Made by a program: the position numbers and the translations under genes
Notes under the pieces: generated by a model
Told to the model about the DNA's origin: nothing
The model's input: only the letters and a program-made list of their open reading frames with translations
The model's database searches: none
In this document: positions 39,524-49,334 of the stretch, piece after piece
Layout of the letters: each line of letters opens with the position of its first letter
Position numbering within the stretch: position 1 is the stretch's first letter
NCBI GenBank assembly: GCA_043810925.1
Contig: JBDRNT010000028.1
Location: forward strand, 1 to 50,652
Length of the DNA stretch: 50,652 nt
From: Candidatus Eiseniibacteriota bacterium
GTDB taxonomy: Bacteria; Arandabacterota; Arandabacteria; Arandabacterales; Arandabacteraceae
Direction: 5' to 3'

Positions 39524-40344
39524 CGAAACTCACGCAGAGACTTGAAACACTTGGGTTCGGTACGTATGACGCCGGCTACAACATGATGCTCGATCTCCGT
39601 CTCTATACGCTGTGCGAGAACGGTTCGGACAGCGGTTTCCTGAGGTTCTACACGTGGTCGGGACGAACGCTGTCGCTTGGTCACTTCGAGGATGCAAGTG
39701 TGATCGACATGGCCCGGGCCCTTGAAGACGGAGTCCAGGTGGTCAGGCGGCCGACCGGCGGACGGGTGGTTCTCCACGGGGATGACCTGACCTATGCCGT
39801 CGTTGTACCCAGAGGGGCCGGCCAGAGCCCCCTTGAGGCATACAGGATGATCTCGGAGTGCATAGTCAGAGGTTTCACCCGGCTGGGGATCGAGGTCGGG
39901 CTCGAACGCAGTTCTGCCTGCAAGTCCGATGTCACCAGAAAGCCGTGCTTCGTGTCGACAAGCAGGTATGAAATCCTGCATCGGGGCAGGAAGGTTGCCG
40001 GTAGTGCGCAGAAGACAGGCAGCAGCGCGGTCCTTCAGCACGGCAGCATTCCGCTGGGCAGGGAATACCTCAAGGTCGTCGACTACATGGCCTCCGACTG
40101 CAAAGACCGGGCGAGGCTCCGCTCGGATATTGATGCCGCCACGACCTGCATATATGACCTGCTCGGGTCGTGTCCTGCGCCCGAGGAGGTAGCTACAGCA
40201 CTGGCCCACGGCTTCACCGAACGATTCGATCTTGTTGGGCGCAGAGCTCACGCCGATGTTCTGGACAGGGAGGTGACGGACGCTCCTCAGAGGCTCGAAA
40301 ACGGGGTTTCGGGGGGCCCGCGCGGAGCAGACAAAAGCACTTGA
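39520..40344 (+). CDS. lipoate-protein ligase/octanoyltransferase family (LipM/LplA-like)
   Basis: NM.LD, LRFYTW, VVRRPTGGRVVLH, GRKVAGSAQ and LQHGSI motifs. The TTG start overlaps the upstream stop (TTGA). Confidence 0.9.
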   Translation: MTKLTQRLETLGFGTYDAGYNMMLDLRLYTLCENGSDSGFLRFYTWSGRTLSLGHFEDASVIDMARALEDGVQVVRRPTGGRVVLHGDDLTYAVVVPRGAGQSPLEAYRMISECIVRGFTRLGIEVGLERSSACKSDVTRKPCFVSTSRYEILHRGRKVAGSAQKTGSSAVLQHGSIPLGREYLKVVDYMASDCKDRARLRSDIDAATTCIYDLLGSCPAPEEVATALAHGFTERFDLVGRRAHADVLDREVTDAPQRLENGVSGGPRGADKST

Positions 40345-40370
40345 CAGTAAGTCTTTGGTTTTAATATAGT
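40341..40370 (+). promoter_or_regulatory. putative sigma70 promoter of the TonB receptor operon
   Basis: TTGACA, 18 nt spacer, TATAGT. Confidence 0.6.
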
Positions 40371-40435
40371 AACCTCGGATGATGGCTTCCATATCTAGGA
40401 TGATGTCGGCCCAACCCAAAAGGGGGATGGATACT

Positions 40436-43141
40436 ATGCCTTCCTTGTCGAAAGTCTTTGTAGCCGCTTTAGTAATTCTCCTGGCTCTCAGTGCCTCTTT
40501 GGTCTCCGCTCAGGACACTGGAAGAGTTTCAGGTATAGTTGTCGGCGCCAAGGATGGTAAGCCTCTGGGGTTCGCGAACGTGCTCTTGATCGGCACCGGG
40601 ATTGGAACGTTTGTTAAGGACAATGGCCGTTTCACACTCGAGAACGTCCCGCCGGGAACTTACACGGTCAAGGTCATGATGATGGGTTTTGGATCCAAGA
40701 CCCACGAAAACGTGGTTGTGACCGCGGGGCAGACGACCGACCTCAAGTTTGAACTTGCTGAAACCGTCGTCCTCGTCACCGACGTGATTGAGATCACCAG
40801 TGACCGACCGATGGTCGACACCGACCGCACCCAGACCACGCGGACTGTCACGTCCGAAGAGGCTGCGGTAAGGTCTATCAACACAGTCGAGGACGCTATT
40901 GCTGCACAGGCAGGAGTTGTACTTGAACAGGGCGAGATTCACATCAGAGGTGGACGATCGGGCGAGGTCAAGCAGTTCATCGACGGTATGCAGATCAGCG
41001 ACCCGTTCGTGGGTCGCAATACGATGGAGGTCAGCCTGGCATCACTCTCTGAGATCGAAGTGCTCTCGGGTGGCTTCGATGCTGAGTACGGCAATGTCCA
41101 GTCAGGCGTTATCAACCTGAAGACTAGGGAAGGCGGCACCAAATACTCCGGCGTGGTCAAGTTCATGACGGATGATTATGGTGCACCCGATAAGACTTAT
41201 TTCAACTATGACAATGTCGCGATCGGCTTCGGCGGACCGCTAATCACTCCCGATCTGAGGTTCTTCGCATCTGCTGAGGCTGTTTTCAGCGATACGTATC
41301 TGAAGACCCTGGAGCCCAGGCAGCAGAAGGAGCTATGGGGTTTCATCAAGTTCCGTGAACGGCAGGCCAACAACTACTCGGGCCAGGGCAAGATGACATA
41401 CTTGTTCTCACCTACCAAGAAGATCTCCGCTGAGATCCTGGTCTCCGGTGAAAAATACGATTTCTACAGTCACCCGATGAGCAGGGTGGGGTACTGGTCT
41501 GATCTCTATAACCACTGGTGGTTTGAGCCGCTGGATGAGACCTACAGCCTTTACCTCGGACCGTCTCACACGCCTGATATCACCAACACGCACCGGAGCA
41601 CAAAACTGGTGTGGAACCATACGCTGAGCCCGTCGGCGTTCTACACGATGAGATTTGGTCGTTACACCACGCTTCACAAGCTGGCTGTGCTGGACAAGGA
41701 GCCCTGGCAGTACCAGTGGCAGAGCCAGTTTGAGAGGCTCGATCCCCAGAACCGCTACTATGTTGTAAACGGTGACTATCCCCACTGGCAGCGTTACCAC
41801 ACCACGATGTGGACCGGTAAGGGTGACATGACCATCCAGAAGTCCACGACACATCAGATCAAGTTTGGGGCCGAGAGCAACATGTACAGGCTGGAGATGG
41901 AGGACTTGAGATGGCCCTCGCTGGACCAGCCGCTGGGTGTGTTCACCGACATTTACAAGTTCCATTGTTGGGGGCTTTCGGCGTTTTTACAGGATAAGAT
42001 CAAGTTCGAGGGTATGAACGTGAGGGTCGGGCTGAGGTTCGATCTCTTCGACCCCGGCCGGGAGTCAGTGGAGGCATATTACAGGTTCATAAGTTCCACG
42101 GGGCTGGCCAGCGGTGACGCGGGGTTCTTCAAACGGAGCGAGTGGCAGATAAGCCCGAGGCTTGGTGTGTCTTACCCCGTTTCGGAGAGGGACGCGCTTT
42201 ACTTCAACTACGGCAGGTTTTACCAGATACCGAGACTTGAAGTTCTGTTCCAGTTCCTGGGTCAGACAGAGGCGGGGCTTCTGGAGTTCGGCAATCCCCT
42301 GATGGAGGCAGAGACCACGATAATGTATGAAGTGGGAATTCAGCACCAGTTCACGCAGACAATCGTGGGTGACATAGCCTTGTTCTACAAGGACATATTC
42401 GGTCTGACCGGTACCCAGGCCGGCGACCTTACCGAGGACTCTGACTTCGTACAGCAGTATGGTCCTACTTCAACCCCGGTCGTTTACACCAACCTTGACT
42501 ACGGTTCAGTCAGAGGTATTGAGTTTAAGTTGACCAAGCGCTTCAGTAACCGTTTCAGCGGGAGTATGACTTACACGTTCTCGAAGGCAACGGGTTCGAG
42601 TTCGAACGAGCTTCAGGGCTCGAACGTGGTAAGCGGTGGCATGGATCGTGCGCCGATTACGGAGCTCCCCCTTGACTGGGACCGGAATCATGTGATTGCG
42701 GCAAACCTCTACATAAGTGAGCCGGGTCTGTGGGGCTGTAACGTGGATTGGAGTTACTCATCCGGAGCACCCTACACACCCATGATGCCGCGGGAGCGTG
42801 AGGTACGGGCGACTCTTATCAACTCAGAGAGGCTGCCGGCGCGCAGTACGGTCAACGTCAAGGCTGACAAGCGTTACAAGATTGCCGGTCAGGAGATATC
42901 TCTGTTTCTTGAGGGCCGGAACGTGCTTGACAGACGGAACATCGCAAATGAGGATCCGGCGGTCTGGCCCGGAGGCAGCGGCAACTACGTATCCTATTAC
43001 ACCACTGAGGGCGAGCTGGGCGGAGCATATGACATGGGTGAGTTGCTTGGACTTGCCGAGGTGGACTATCGAGCACTGAATGATCCAAGGGTATACGCGT
43101 CACCCAGGAATTTCAGAGTCGGCGTATCGTTTGACTGGTAA
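40436..43141 (+). CDS. TonB-dependent receptor with an N-terminal carboxypeptidase-regulatory-like domain
   Basis: Signal peptide, plug motifs HIRGGR and GGFDAEYG..QSGVIN..T, barrel motifs SPRLG.SYP and GNP, and a C-terminal aromatic end (FDW). The start is 40427 or 40436. Confidence 0.93.
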   Translation: MPSLSKVFVAALVILLALSASLVSAQDTGRVSGIVVGAKDGKPLGFANVLLIGTGIGTFVKDNGRFTLENVPPGTYTVKVMMMGFGSKTHENVVVTAGQTTDLKFELAETVVLVTDVIEITSDRPMVDTDRTQTTRTVTSEEAAVRSINTVEDAIAAQAGVVLEQGEIHIRGGRSGEVKQFIDGMQISDPFVGRNTMEVSLASLSEIEVLSGGFDAEYGNVQSGVINLKTREGGTKYSGVVKFMTDDYGAPDKTYFNYDNVAIGFGGPLITPDLRFFASAEAVFSDTYLKTLEPRQQKELWGFIKFRERQANNYSGQGKMTYLFSPTKKISAEILVSGEKYDFYSHPMSRVGYWSDLYNHWWFEPLDETYSLYLGPSHTPDITNTHRSTKLVWNHTLSPSAFYTMRFGRYTTLHKLAVLDKEPWQYQWQSQFERLDPQNRYYVVNGDYPHWQRYHTTMWTGKGDMTIQKSTTHQIKFGAESNMYRLEMEDLRWPSLDQPLGVFTDIYKFHCWGLSAFLQDKIKFEGMNVRVGLRFDLFDPGRESVEAYYRFISSTGLASGDAGFFKRSEWQISPRLGVSYPVSERDALYFNYGRFYQIPRLEVLFQFLGQTEAGLLEFGNPLMEAETTIMYEVGIQHQFTQTIVGDIALFYKDIFGLTGTQAGDLTEDSDFVQQYGPTSTPVVYTNLDYGSVRGIEFKLTKRFSNRFSGSMTYTFSKATGSSSNELQGSNVVSGGMDRAPITELPLDWDRNHVIAANLYISEPGLWGCNVDWSYSSGAPYTPMMPREREVRATLINSERLPARSTVNVKADKRYKIAGQEISLFLEGRNVLDRRNIANEDPAVWPGGSGNYVSYYTTEGELGGAYDMGELLGLAEVDYRALNDPRVYASPRNFRVGVSFDW

Positions 43142-43163
43142 TCTCTTGACGGAGGACCTGACG

Positions 43164-45296
43164 ATGACAAGGACGAGATCAGCATTTACCAGGGCCATCT
43201 ACCTCTTGCTGTTGTTGCTGACGGTTCATCTGGTGATGGTCTCTTCAGCATCTGCGCACTACGACGGGCCCATTCCCGAGCAGTATTCCGCCCCGGACCG
43301 CGGATTGGTGAAGTTCCTGGGTTGGTATCACAATGTGAACCAGTTACTGCTCCATGTCTGCAACATGGGCTTCTTCGGCGATTGGAACTCGGATCCTTCT
43401 GCTCCGTCATGCGAGTGGCCCGGTGGGAGCGGGATCGAATACCTCTTTGCGGCAGGACTCTGGGTGGGCGGGGTGAAGCTCGATGAATTCGGTAGACCCG
43501 ACACCCTTGTATCCGCCGCGGTCTATCAGCAGGAGTTCTATCCCAAGCCCGATCCAAGGGATGTTATCTACGAGGCCGCCGAGGGGCAGCAGGCAGGCGG
43601 CAGAAGGTGTGATGACGACTCCGACAATTCCAGGGATGAGGATTTTCTCGATGGCTGGGACAATGACGGCGATGGGCTTGTCGATGAGGATTTCTCCGCG
43701 ATATCGCAACAAATGTATACGTGTGTCTACTATGACACAAGCACGAGCATGAATGCGAACAGGTCTGAGGATTTCCATGTGCCCCTTGATCTTATGGTCA
43801 GGCAGGAGAGCTATGCCTGGACCAGCCCCGCCGTGGAAGATTTCATCGGTGTCGAATACAAGGTTACGAACATAGGCGATTCGACCATCTATTCGGCGTA
43901 TGTCGCATTCATGATTGACGGCGACATTGGTCCGATCCGACAGACGCCGACGTCTTACGTCGATGACATGGCGGCCTACATCGATACGGTGGTGACGCGG
44001 ACGGAGCTGGATGCGTCCGGAAACGAAAAGACCGAGGACTACCGTCTGACGGTCGGGTACATGTATGACTCCGAAGGTGGGGATGATGGTGATGTGGAAG
44101 GTTACATCGGGATCATGTTCCTGGGGCACACCACTGACGAGAGCGGTGAACTTGCCCCACAGGAAGTGGTGATACATATGTTCCGGAGCTGGTCAAGCGG
44201 TGAGCAAGACCCGCAGAACGATAAGGAAAGATACAGATACATGAGGGGAAATTCAGATTTCGCGCAAACGATAGACCCTCCGACATCAAGACCGTCCGAC
44301 TACCGGTTTCTGGTCTCGGCGGGGCCTTTTGCGGAGATCCGCCCCGGCAGTACACTGATCTTCCAATGCGCTTTTGTGGCAGGTTTCCCCTTTGATGATT
44401 TCATTGCCAACGCTACGAATGCTCAGAGGGTGTACAACATGAAGCCGATGATCAACTGCCACGGTGAGCAGATTGATGATAACTGGCTGGGTTCAAGTCC
44501 TCCGCCTCCTCCGAAGCAGCGGGTGATGGCAGGAGACAGTAAGGTGATTCTCGAGTGGGATGACTACTCAGAGAGAACCCCGGATCCGCTGATGCAGATC
44601 TTCGATTTTGATGGTTACAGGATATGGCGAGCGGTGGGGTGGAGGCACGAGAGCGAAGTTCCGGCTTCGGAGCAGTGGGAGCTGATCGCGCACTTCGGCA
44701 AACAGGACTTGCCCGCGATAGACACGGGTCTTATGGGAATAGGCAAGTACAGGTACGTGGATAGGTACGTCCATAACGGGCTTCCATACTGGTACGCAGT
44801 CACCGCCTTCGATAATGGAAGCGCCGAGAGGACATATGACAGAGAGACGGACAAGACCGATTCGATACCCAGATACGGAAGCTATGCTCAGGCCATGCAG
44901 CTTGTGTATCCGCGCAGCACGCCCGCCAGGACTACGGGCATGGTGCAGATCGTTCCGAATCCGTATCCGTGGAATCCAAGCAATCCGGCGATCCCCGCGG
45001 ATTTGAGGGAGACGCGCAAGGCGATCGGTGATCTGGCCGAGTATGACAGGGATCCTTCGGGGCGGCGCGTTACGTTCGTCAATCTGCCGAGACAGTCGAT
45101 GGTAAGGGTATACAGCCTTGCGGGTGACCTGGTGTGGACCCGCTACTTCGAAGGGCCGGTGGACCCGTTTACCGGTGCTCCGCCGCAGTGGAACCTGGTC
45201 TCGAGGAATGATCAGGAAATAGTCAGTGGAATATACATAGTCCATATCGAGTCGCCGGTGGGTAATCAGACAACCAAGTTCGTAGTGGTGAGATAG
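43164..45296 (+). CDS. secreted protein with DxDxDG motifs, an FN3-like domain and a T9SS-CTD/FlgD-like C-terminus
   Basis: Signal peptide, EWP.GSG..YLF..GLW.GG, DNDGDGLVDED, FDGYRIWR...YWYAVTAFD, and C-terminal VPNPY...F.NLP...YSLAGDLV...WNL...SGIY...KFVVVR. Confidence 0.8.
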   Translation: MTRTRSAFTRAIYLLLLLLTVHLVMVSSASAHYDGPIPEQYSAPDRGLVKFLGWYHNVNQLLLHVCNMGFFGDWNSDPSAPSCEWPGGSGIEYLFAAGLWVGGVKLDEFGRPDTLVSAAVYQQEFYPKPDPRDVIYEAAEGQQAGGRRCDDDSDNSRDEDFLDGWDNDGDGLVDEDFSAISQQMYTCVYYDTSTSMNANRSEDFHVPLDLMVRQESYAWTSPAVEDFIGVEYKVTNIGDSTIYSAYVAFMIDGDIGPIRQTPTSYVDDMAAYIDTVVTRTELDASGNEKTEDYRLTVGYMYDSEGGDDGDVEGYIGIMFLGHTTDESGELAPQEVVIHMFRSWSSGEQDPQNDKERYRYMRGNSDFAQTIDPPTSRPSDYRFLVSAGPFAEIRPGSTLIFQCAFVAGFPFDDFIANATNAQRVYNMKPMINCHGEQIDDNWLGSSPPPPPKQRVMAGDSKVILEWDDYSERTPDPLMQIFDFDGYRIWRAVGWRHESEVPASEQWELIAHFGKQDLPAIDTGLMGIGKYRYVDRYVHNGLPYWYAVTAFDNGSAERTYDRETDKTDSIPRYGSYAQAMQLVYPRSTPARTTGMVQIVPNPYPWNPSNPAIPADLRETRKAIGDLAEYDRDPSGRRVTFVNLPRQSMVRVYSLAGDLVWTRYFEGPVDPFTGAPPQWNLVSRNDQEIVSGIYIVHIESPVGNQTTKFVVVR

Positions 45297-45331
45297 ACAA
45301 TTTCCATATAGTATGGAAGGAGGATGTCAAA

Positions 45332-46309
45332 TTGAGAGGAACTCTGTCGATTGCGGTTGCAGTGATTCTGCTCCTGACGGTGTCATGCTGGTCCGGGGAG
45401 ATGTTTGAGAAAGTAGGGACGGTCGGCGCGCAATTCCTCAAGATCGGTGCCGGTGCCCGGGCAGTGGGCATGGGCGAGGCCTTTGTGGCTGTTGACGGAG
45501 ATGCTACGTGCATTTATTGGAATCCCGCCGGCGTGGCTACTATTGAGGGTAGCCAGTTCACCCTCAACCACGCATCCTGGCCTGCTGAAATGAGCCATGA
45601 ATTCGCGGCCTATATCTTTTCCTACAAGTTTATTCCCGGTGTTCTCGGTGTCAGCGCTACGGTGCTCCAGATGGATCCATTGCCCGAGACGACGGAGTAC
45701 AGGCAGGGAGGAACGGGATACTCCTTTGATGCAGGCAGTATGGCCTTCGGGCTCACGTTTGCAAGAATGCTGACGGATCGGTTCTCATTCGGTGCAACCG
45801 TGAAGTGGATTCATGAGGGCCTCGCGGATTTCAGCGGTGAGACGGTCGGGCTGGATCTGGGAACGATCTACAATACCGGCTTCCGCGACATCAGGATCGG
45901 GATGGCCTTTGTGAACATGGGCTCAGGGTATACCATCATCGAAAACGGCAAGGAAAGCCCGATGCCCGTGATGTTCAAGGTCGGCGGAGCGATGCCCCTG
46001 ATGAGCACGACTGATCACCGGGTGCTGGGCGCGCTTGAGTTCAATCACCCGCCCGACGGGGCGGAGAGACTCAACGCCGGTGCAGAATACATCTACCAGA
46101 AGTACGCTCCCAACTTCGAAGTTGCCCTGAGGGCCGGTTACAGGTTTAACAGGGATGAGGAAAGCCTCGCCGCCGGATTCGGCATAAGGTTTCCCTTTGT
46201 CAGGATAGGCCTGATCAACAGACCATCGATCTGGAGTATCGACTACTGTTACTCCGAGATGGGACTCCTTGAGAGTTCACACAAGATATCACTGGGCGCT
46301 CAATACTAG
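45332..46309 (+). CDS. PorV/PorQ (UPF0164)-family outer-membrane beta-barrel
   Basis: AQFLKIGAGARAVGMGEAF..V.GDA..IYWNPAG motif, amphipathic strands and a C-terminal aromatic residue. Confidence 0.88.
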   Translation: MRGTLSIAVAVILLLTVSCWSGEMFEKVGTVGAQFLKIGAGARAVGMGEAFVAVDGDATCIYWNPAGVATIEGSQFTLNHASWPAEMSHEFAAYIFSYKFIPGVLGVSATVLQMDPLPETTEYRQGGTGYSFDAGSMAFGLTFARMLTDRFSFGATVKWIHEGLADFSGETVGLDLGTIYNTGFRDIRIGMAFVNMGSGYTIIENGKESPMPVMFKVGGAMPLMSTTDHRVLGALEFNHPPDGAERLNAGAEYIYQKYAPNFEVALRAGYRFNRDEESLAAGFGIRFPFVRIGLINRPSIWSIDYCYSEMGLLESSHKISLGAQY

Positions 46310-46313
46310 GTTT

Positions 46314-47894
46314 ATGAAAAATACACTTATTAAGCGAGGGGCGGCATTGAGAATGTTGCCCCTCTTGCTTTTCGGGTTTGTGTGCGTTTGTGGTGTGACG
46401 GCCTCTCAGGCATGGGTCGAATACGCCGATGTGCCTGAATCCAGTCATGGAGACCTCGTCTTCCACGTGGACATAGTGACGTTTTACGGAGGTGACGGCG
46501 AGAACGTAGAGGAGATCTACTGTATTGTGGCCAACGACCAGGTTGTATTCCTTGAGGAGGACGGTACATACCGCGGCAGTCTGAGATTTAGAACCCGCAT
46601 CCTCGACGGTGACGGCAAGGCCGTCGGAGAGTCCGAGAACATCATCGAGGTCAGTGCTGCTACCCTGGATGACACAGTCAACAGAAGCGTCGTCCAGGTT
46701 CTTCAGTCCGAGGTCAGGGTGCCACCCGGCAGATATACAGCGGAGGTTACACTCGAGGATTTGAACAAAGTACAGAAAACGCTGGTTTCCTTCTTCCTCA
46801 AGCGATACATGAAGGGTGAGACCACAGTCGAGATAGAATCCCCGGAGTTCGAGGAGAGGAGGCTCGGGATCAGTGATATCGAATTCGCCCGCAGCCTCAG
46901 AAGGACGTCGGAGGGGGCCTTTCAGAAATCGGGTTTCGAGGTCATCCCGAATGCCCAGCGGCGCTATGGTCTGCTTCTAACCGAGCTACCGGTCTTCTTT
47001 GAGGTTTACGATTTCAGGGAGGACACGGGCGGTGACAGCCTTGTGGCGGCATACTCCATTCTAAACAAGACGGGCGACGAGATATTCACGAGCGAAAACA
47101 CAATTGCCATGCAGGGCCGCACATTCGGCAGCACAGCTCTCTTTGATATTCTCTCCCTGACTGCAGGGAGCTATCTTCTTTCCCTCAGCATATCGGACAG
47201 GGATGGGAATGCCCTGGCCCGGTCCGAGCGCAGATTCGACGTGGTCTGGTCGCCGCTGTCGTGGGGAAGATACGAGTCCGAGATGATCGAAGACATGGAG
47301 TTTGTTCTGACCGAGGATGAGATGAAAGACTTCAAGGTCCTGTCGACCGGTGAGCGCGAGCAGTTCATGAGGGAGTTCTGGCTGCGCATTGACCCGACTC
47401 CCGGAACTGCAGAGAACGAGGCCCTGGAGGAGCATTACAGACGTGTGAGATTTGCCGACCGCAGCTACGGTGGTTCGACACAGCGAGGCGCCTTGAGCGA
47501 TCGAGGCAGGATCTATGTCAAGTATGGACCTCCGGACGATATCCAGAGCCACTACTCCGACTTCGAGTTCGTGCAAGGCACGAGGCACATGGAAGGCGGA
47601 GAGAGTCCTGTGCCTACTGATCCGTTTTCGCGTGTGGGGCTCAAGACCGGCTCAGGTGGTTCATCGAGCTGGGACCGGGCGGGTTCCGACGCCGAGACAC
47701 ATTCCGACCAGAGGGGGGGAAGCATGGTACACGGGAAGGGGTATGAGATCTGGTCGTATGACGGCGCAGGGAACCCTGTCAGGAGGCTGTCGAAGCGAAC
47801 GGCAACGTCGGCGAGAATGCAGTTTATTCTGGTGGATGAGAGGGGTTTCGGGGACTACAGGTTGATCTACAGTACCGAGAAACATGAATACTAA
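46314..47894 (+). CDS. GWxTD-domain-like exported protein (variant motif GALSD)
   Basis: FW...DPTP.T.ENE..EEHY.RV..A...GALSDRGRIYVKYGPPD and EIWSY...F..VD..G.GDY.L motifs. Signal peptide. Confidence 0.82.
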   Translation: MKNTLIKRGAALRMLPLLLFGFVCVCGVTASQAWVEYADVPESSHGDLVFHVDIVTFYGGDGENVEEIYCIVANDQVVFLEEDGTYRGSLRFRTRILDGDGKAVGESENIIEVSAATLDDTVNRSVVQVLQSEVRVPPGRYTAEVTLEDLNKVQKTLVSFFLKRYMKGETTVEIESPEFEERRLGISDIEFARSLRRTSEGAFQKSGFEVIPNAQRRYGLLLTELPVFFEVYDFREDTGGDSLVAAYSILNKTGDEIFTSENTIAMQGRTFGSTALFDILSLTAGSYLLSLSISDRDGNALARSERRFDVVWSPLSWGRYESEMIEDMEFVLTEDEMKDFKVLSTGEREQFMREFWLRIDPTPGTAENEALEEHYRRVRFADRSYGGSTQRGALSDRGRIYVKYGPPDDIQSHYSDFEFVQGTRHMEGGESPVPTDPFSRVGLKTGSGGSSSWDRAGSDAETHSDQRGGSMVHGKGYEIWSYDGAGNPVRRLSKRTATSARMQFILVDERGFGDYRLIYSTEKHEY

Positions 47895-47931
47895 GAAAAG
47901 GGTTGACAACCTTTTAGGGTGGTATTAAAGT
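47895..47931 (+). promoter_or_regulatory. putative exbBD-tonB promoter with an inverted repeat over the -35
   Basis: TTGACA (47903-47908), 17 nt spacer, TAAAGT. An imperfect palindrome aaaagggttg-a-caacctttt overlaps the -35. Confidence 0.5.
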
Positions 47932-48045
47932 TTAGGCAATAATCTTGCGTGCTTGCGTGGTGCTGGTGTTCGGCGGTGTTTGCCGATAGCGTTGGGGCAC
48001 GTCAAAGGTTGATCTTGGGACAAATTTCTGCAAGGAGAGGGTTAC

Positions 48046-48900
48046 ATGAGCAGTGTCAAAAGCAGTGTCAAATTCTGGTCCTGTCTGATGGTCATTGCGG
48101 TTGGTCTTGTCTTGATCGCCAGTGTGTCGATGTCTCAGGAAGAGCCTGTGGCCCAAGAGGTGACCCAGCCCGATACGTCGCTTGCAGCGCTCCTGAGATC
48201 TGTAGAGACCGTTCCTGAGGAAGTGGATGTTTCGGATGAAGGCGTGGTTGCACGCTTGAAACAAAGCGGACTCATCGAGCTCTTCATCCAGGGCGGACCC
48301 TTCATGTGGCCTCTTCTGGCTGCTTCGATAATTGGGGCGGCCGTTATTATAGAACGGGCAGTGACCCTGAGCCGTGCCAGAACGGACGTGAGGAAACTGA
48401 TGAGACGGGTTCTTGATGCTCTTCATTCGAAGGGTATCGAGTCGGCGGCCGCTGAATGCGAGAGAACACGAGGACCGATCGCCGCGATTCTGCATGCCGG
48501 TCTCAAGCGGGCCGAGAGAGGTACGGAAGCGGTGGAGAGAGGTATCGAAACCGCCGCGACCATAGAGACGTCGTTCCTAGAAAGAGGGCTGATCTGGTTG
48601 TCTACGCTTGCGACAATCGCACCGCTTCTGGGCTTTCTTGGAACGGTCTCGGGTATGATCCGGGCGTTCAATGCTATCGCTGAAGCCGAACAGGTCAATG
48701 CCAAACTGGTTGCCTCCGGTATCTCCGAGGCGCTTATAACGACTGCGACAGGACTACTGATAGCGATTCCGATTCAGGCCTTCCACAACTTCTTTGTCGC
48801 GCAGATAGACCGCTTCATCATCGAGATGGAGGAGTCGACTGCCGATCTGGTGGACACGCTTGTGATGGTTGGCGGCACGAAAGAGGGCTCCGGCGCTTAA
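48046..48900 (+). CDS. exbB: ExbB/TolQ/MotA proton channel
   Basis: GGPFMWPL, APLLGFLGTVSGMI and GISEALITTATGL.IAIP motifs. Confidence 0.92.
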   Translation: MSSVKSSVKFWSCLMVIAVGLVLIASVSMSQEEPVAQEVTQPDTSLAALLRSVETVPEEVDVSDEGVVARLKQSGLIELFIQGGPFMWPLLAASIIGAAVIIERAVTLSRARTDVRKLMRRVLDALHSKGIESAAAECERTRGPIAAILHAGLKRAERGTEAVERGIETAATIETSFLERGLIWLSTLATIAPLLGFLGTVSGMIRAFNAIAEAEQVNAKLVASGISEALITTATGLLIAIPIQAFHNFFVAQIDRFIIEMEESTADLVDTLVMVGGTKEGSGA

Positions 48901-48915
48901 GGAAGGTGAACGGCA

Positions 48916-49320
48916 GTGAAATTCGGAAGAAAATCGAAGGTACCTGACGAGATACCGAACTCATCACTGGCAGACATAGCGTTCCTTCTGCTCATATTCT
49001 TTATGGTAAGCACAGTGTTTGCCATTGAGGAGGGTTTGCTTCTTCAGCTTCCCAGTCAGGAGGGCGTTGTCAAGAAGATATCCCGGAAGAACATCATGCG
49101 GCTGTCCGTGTATCCCGACGGCCACGTGAATATGGATGATGAGCTGATCTCCGTCGATAATATCAAGACCCGTGTTGAGATGGCTATACTTGAGAACGAC
49201 AAGCTGGTCGTCGTAGTTGAGACCCATCCCGATGCAAAATACGGCCTGATGATCGATGTTCTTGACGAGCTCAAACTGGCCAGGGCGACGAGGATTTCAC
49301 TCAAACCGCTTCTGGAGTAA
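48916..49320 (+). CDS. exbD: ExbD/TolR
   Basis: SSLADIAFLLLIFFMV TM with the conserved Asp. Confidence 0.9.
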   Translation: MKFGRKSKVPDEIPNSSLADIAFLLLIFFMVSTVFAIEEGLLLQLPSQEGVVKKISRKNIMRLSVYPDGHVNMDDELISVDNIKTRVEMAILENDKLVVVVETHPDAKYGLMIDVLDELKLARATRISLKPLLE

Positions 49321-49334
49321 CAGGCGGGGAATAG

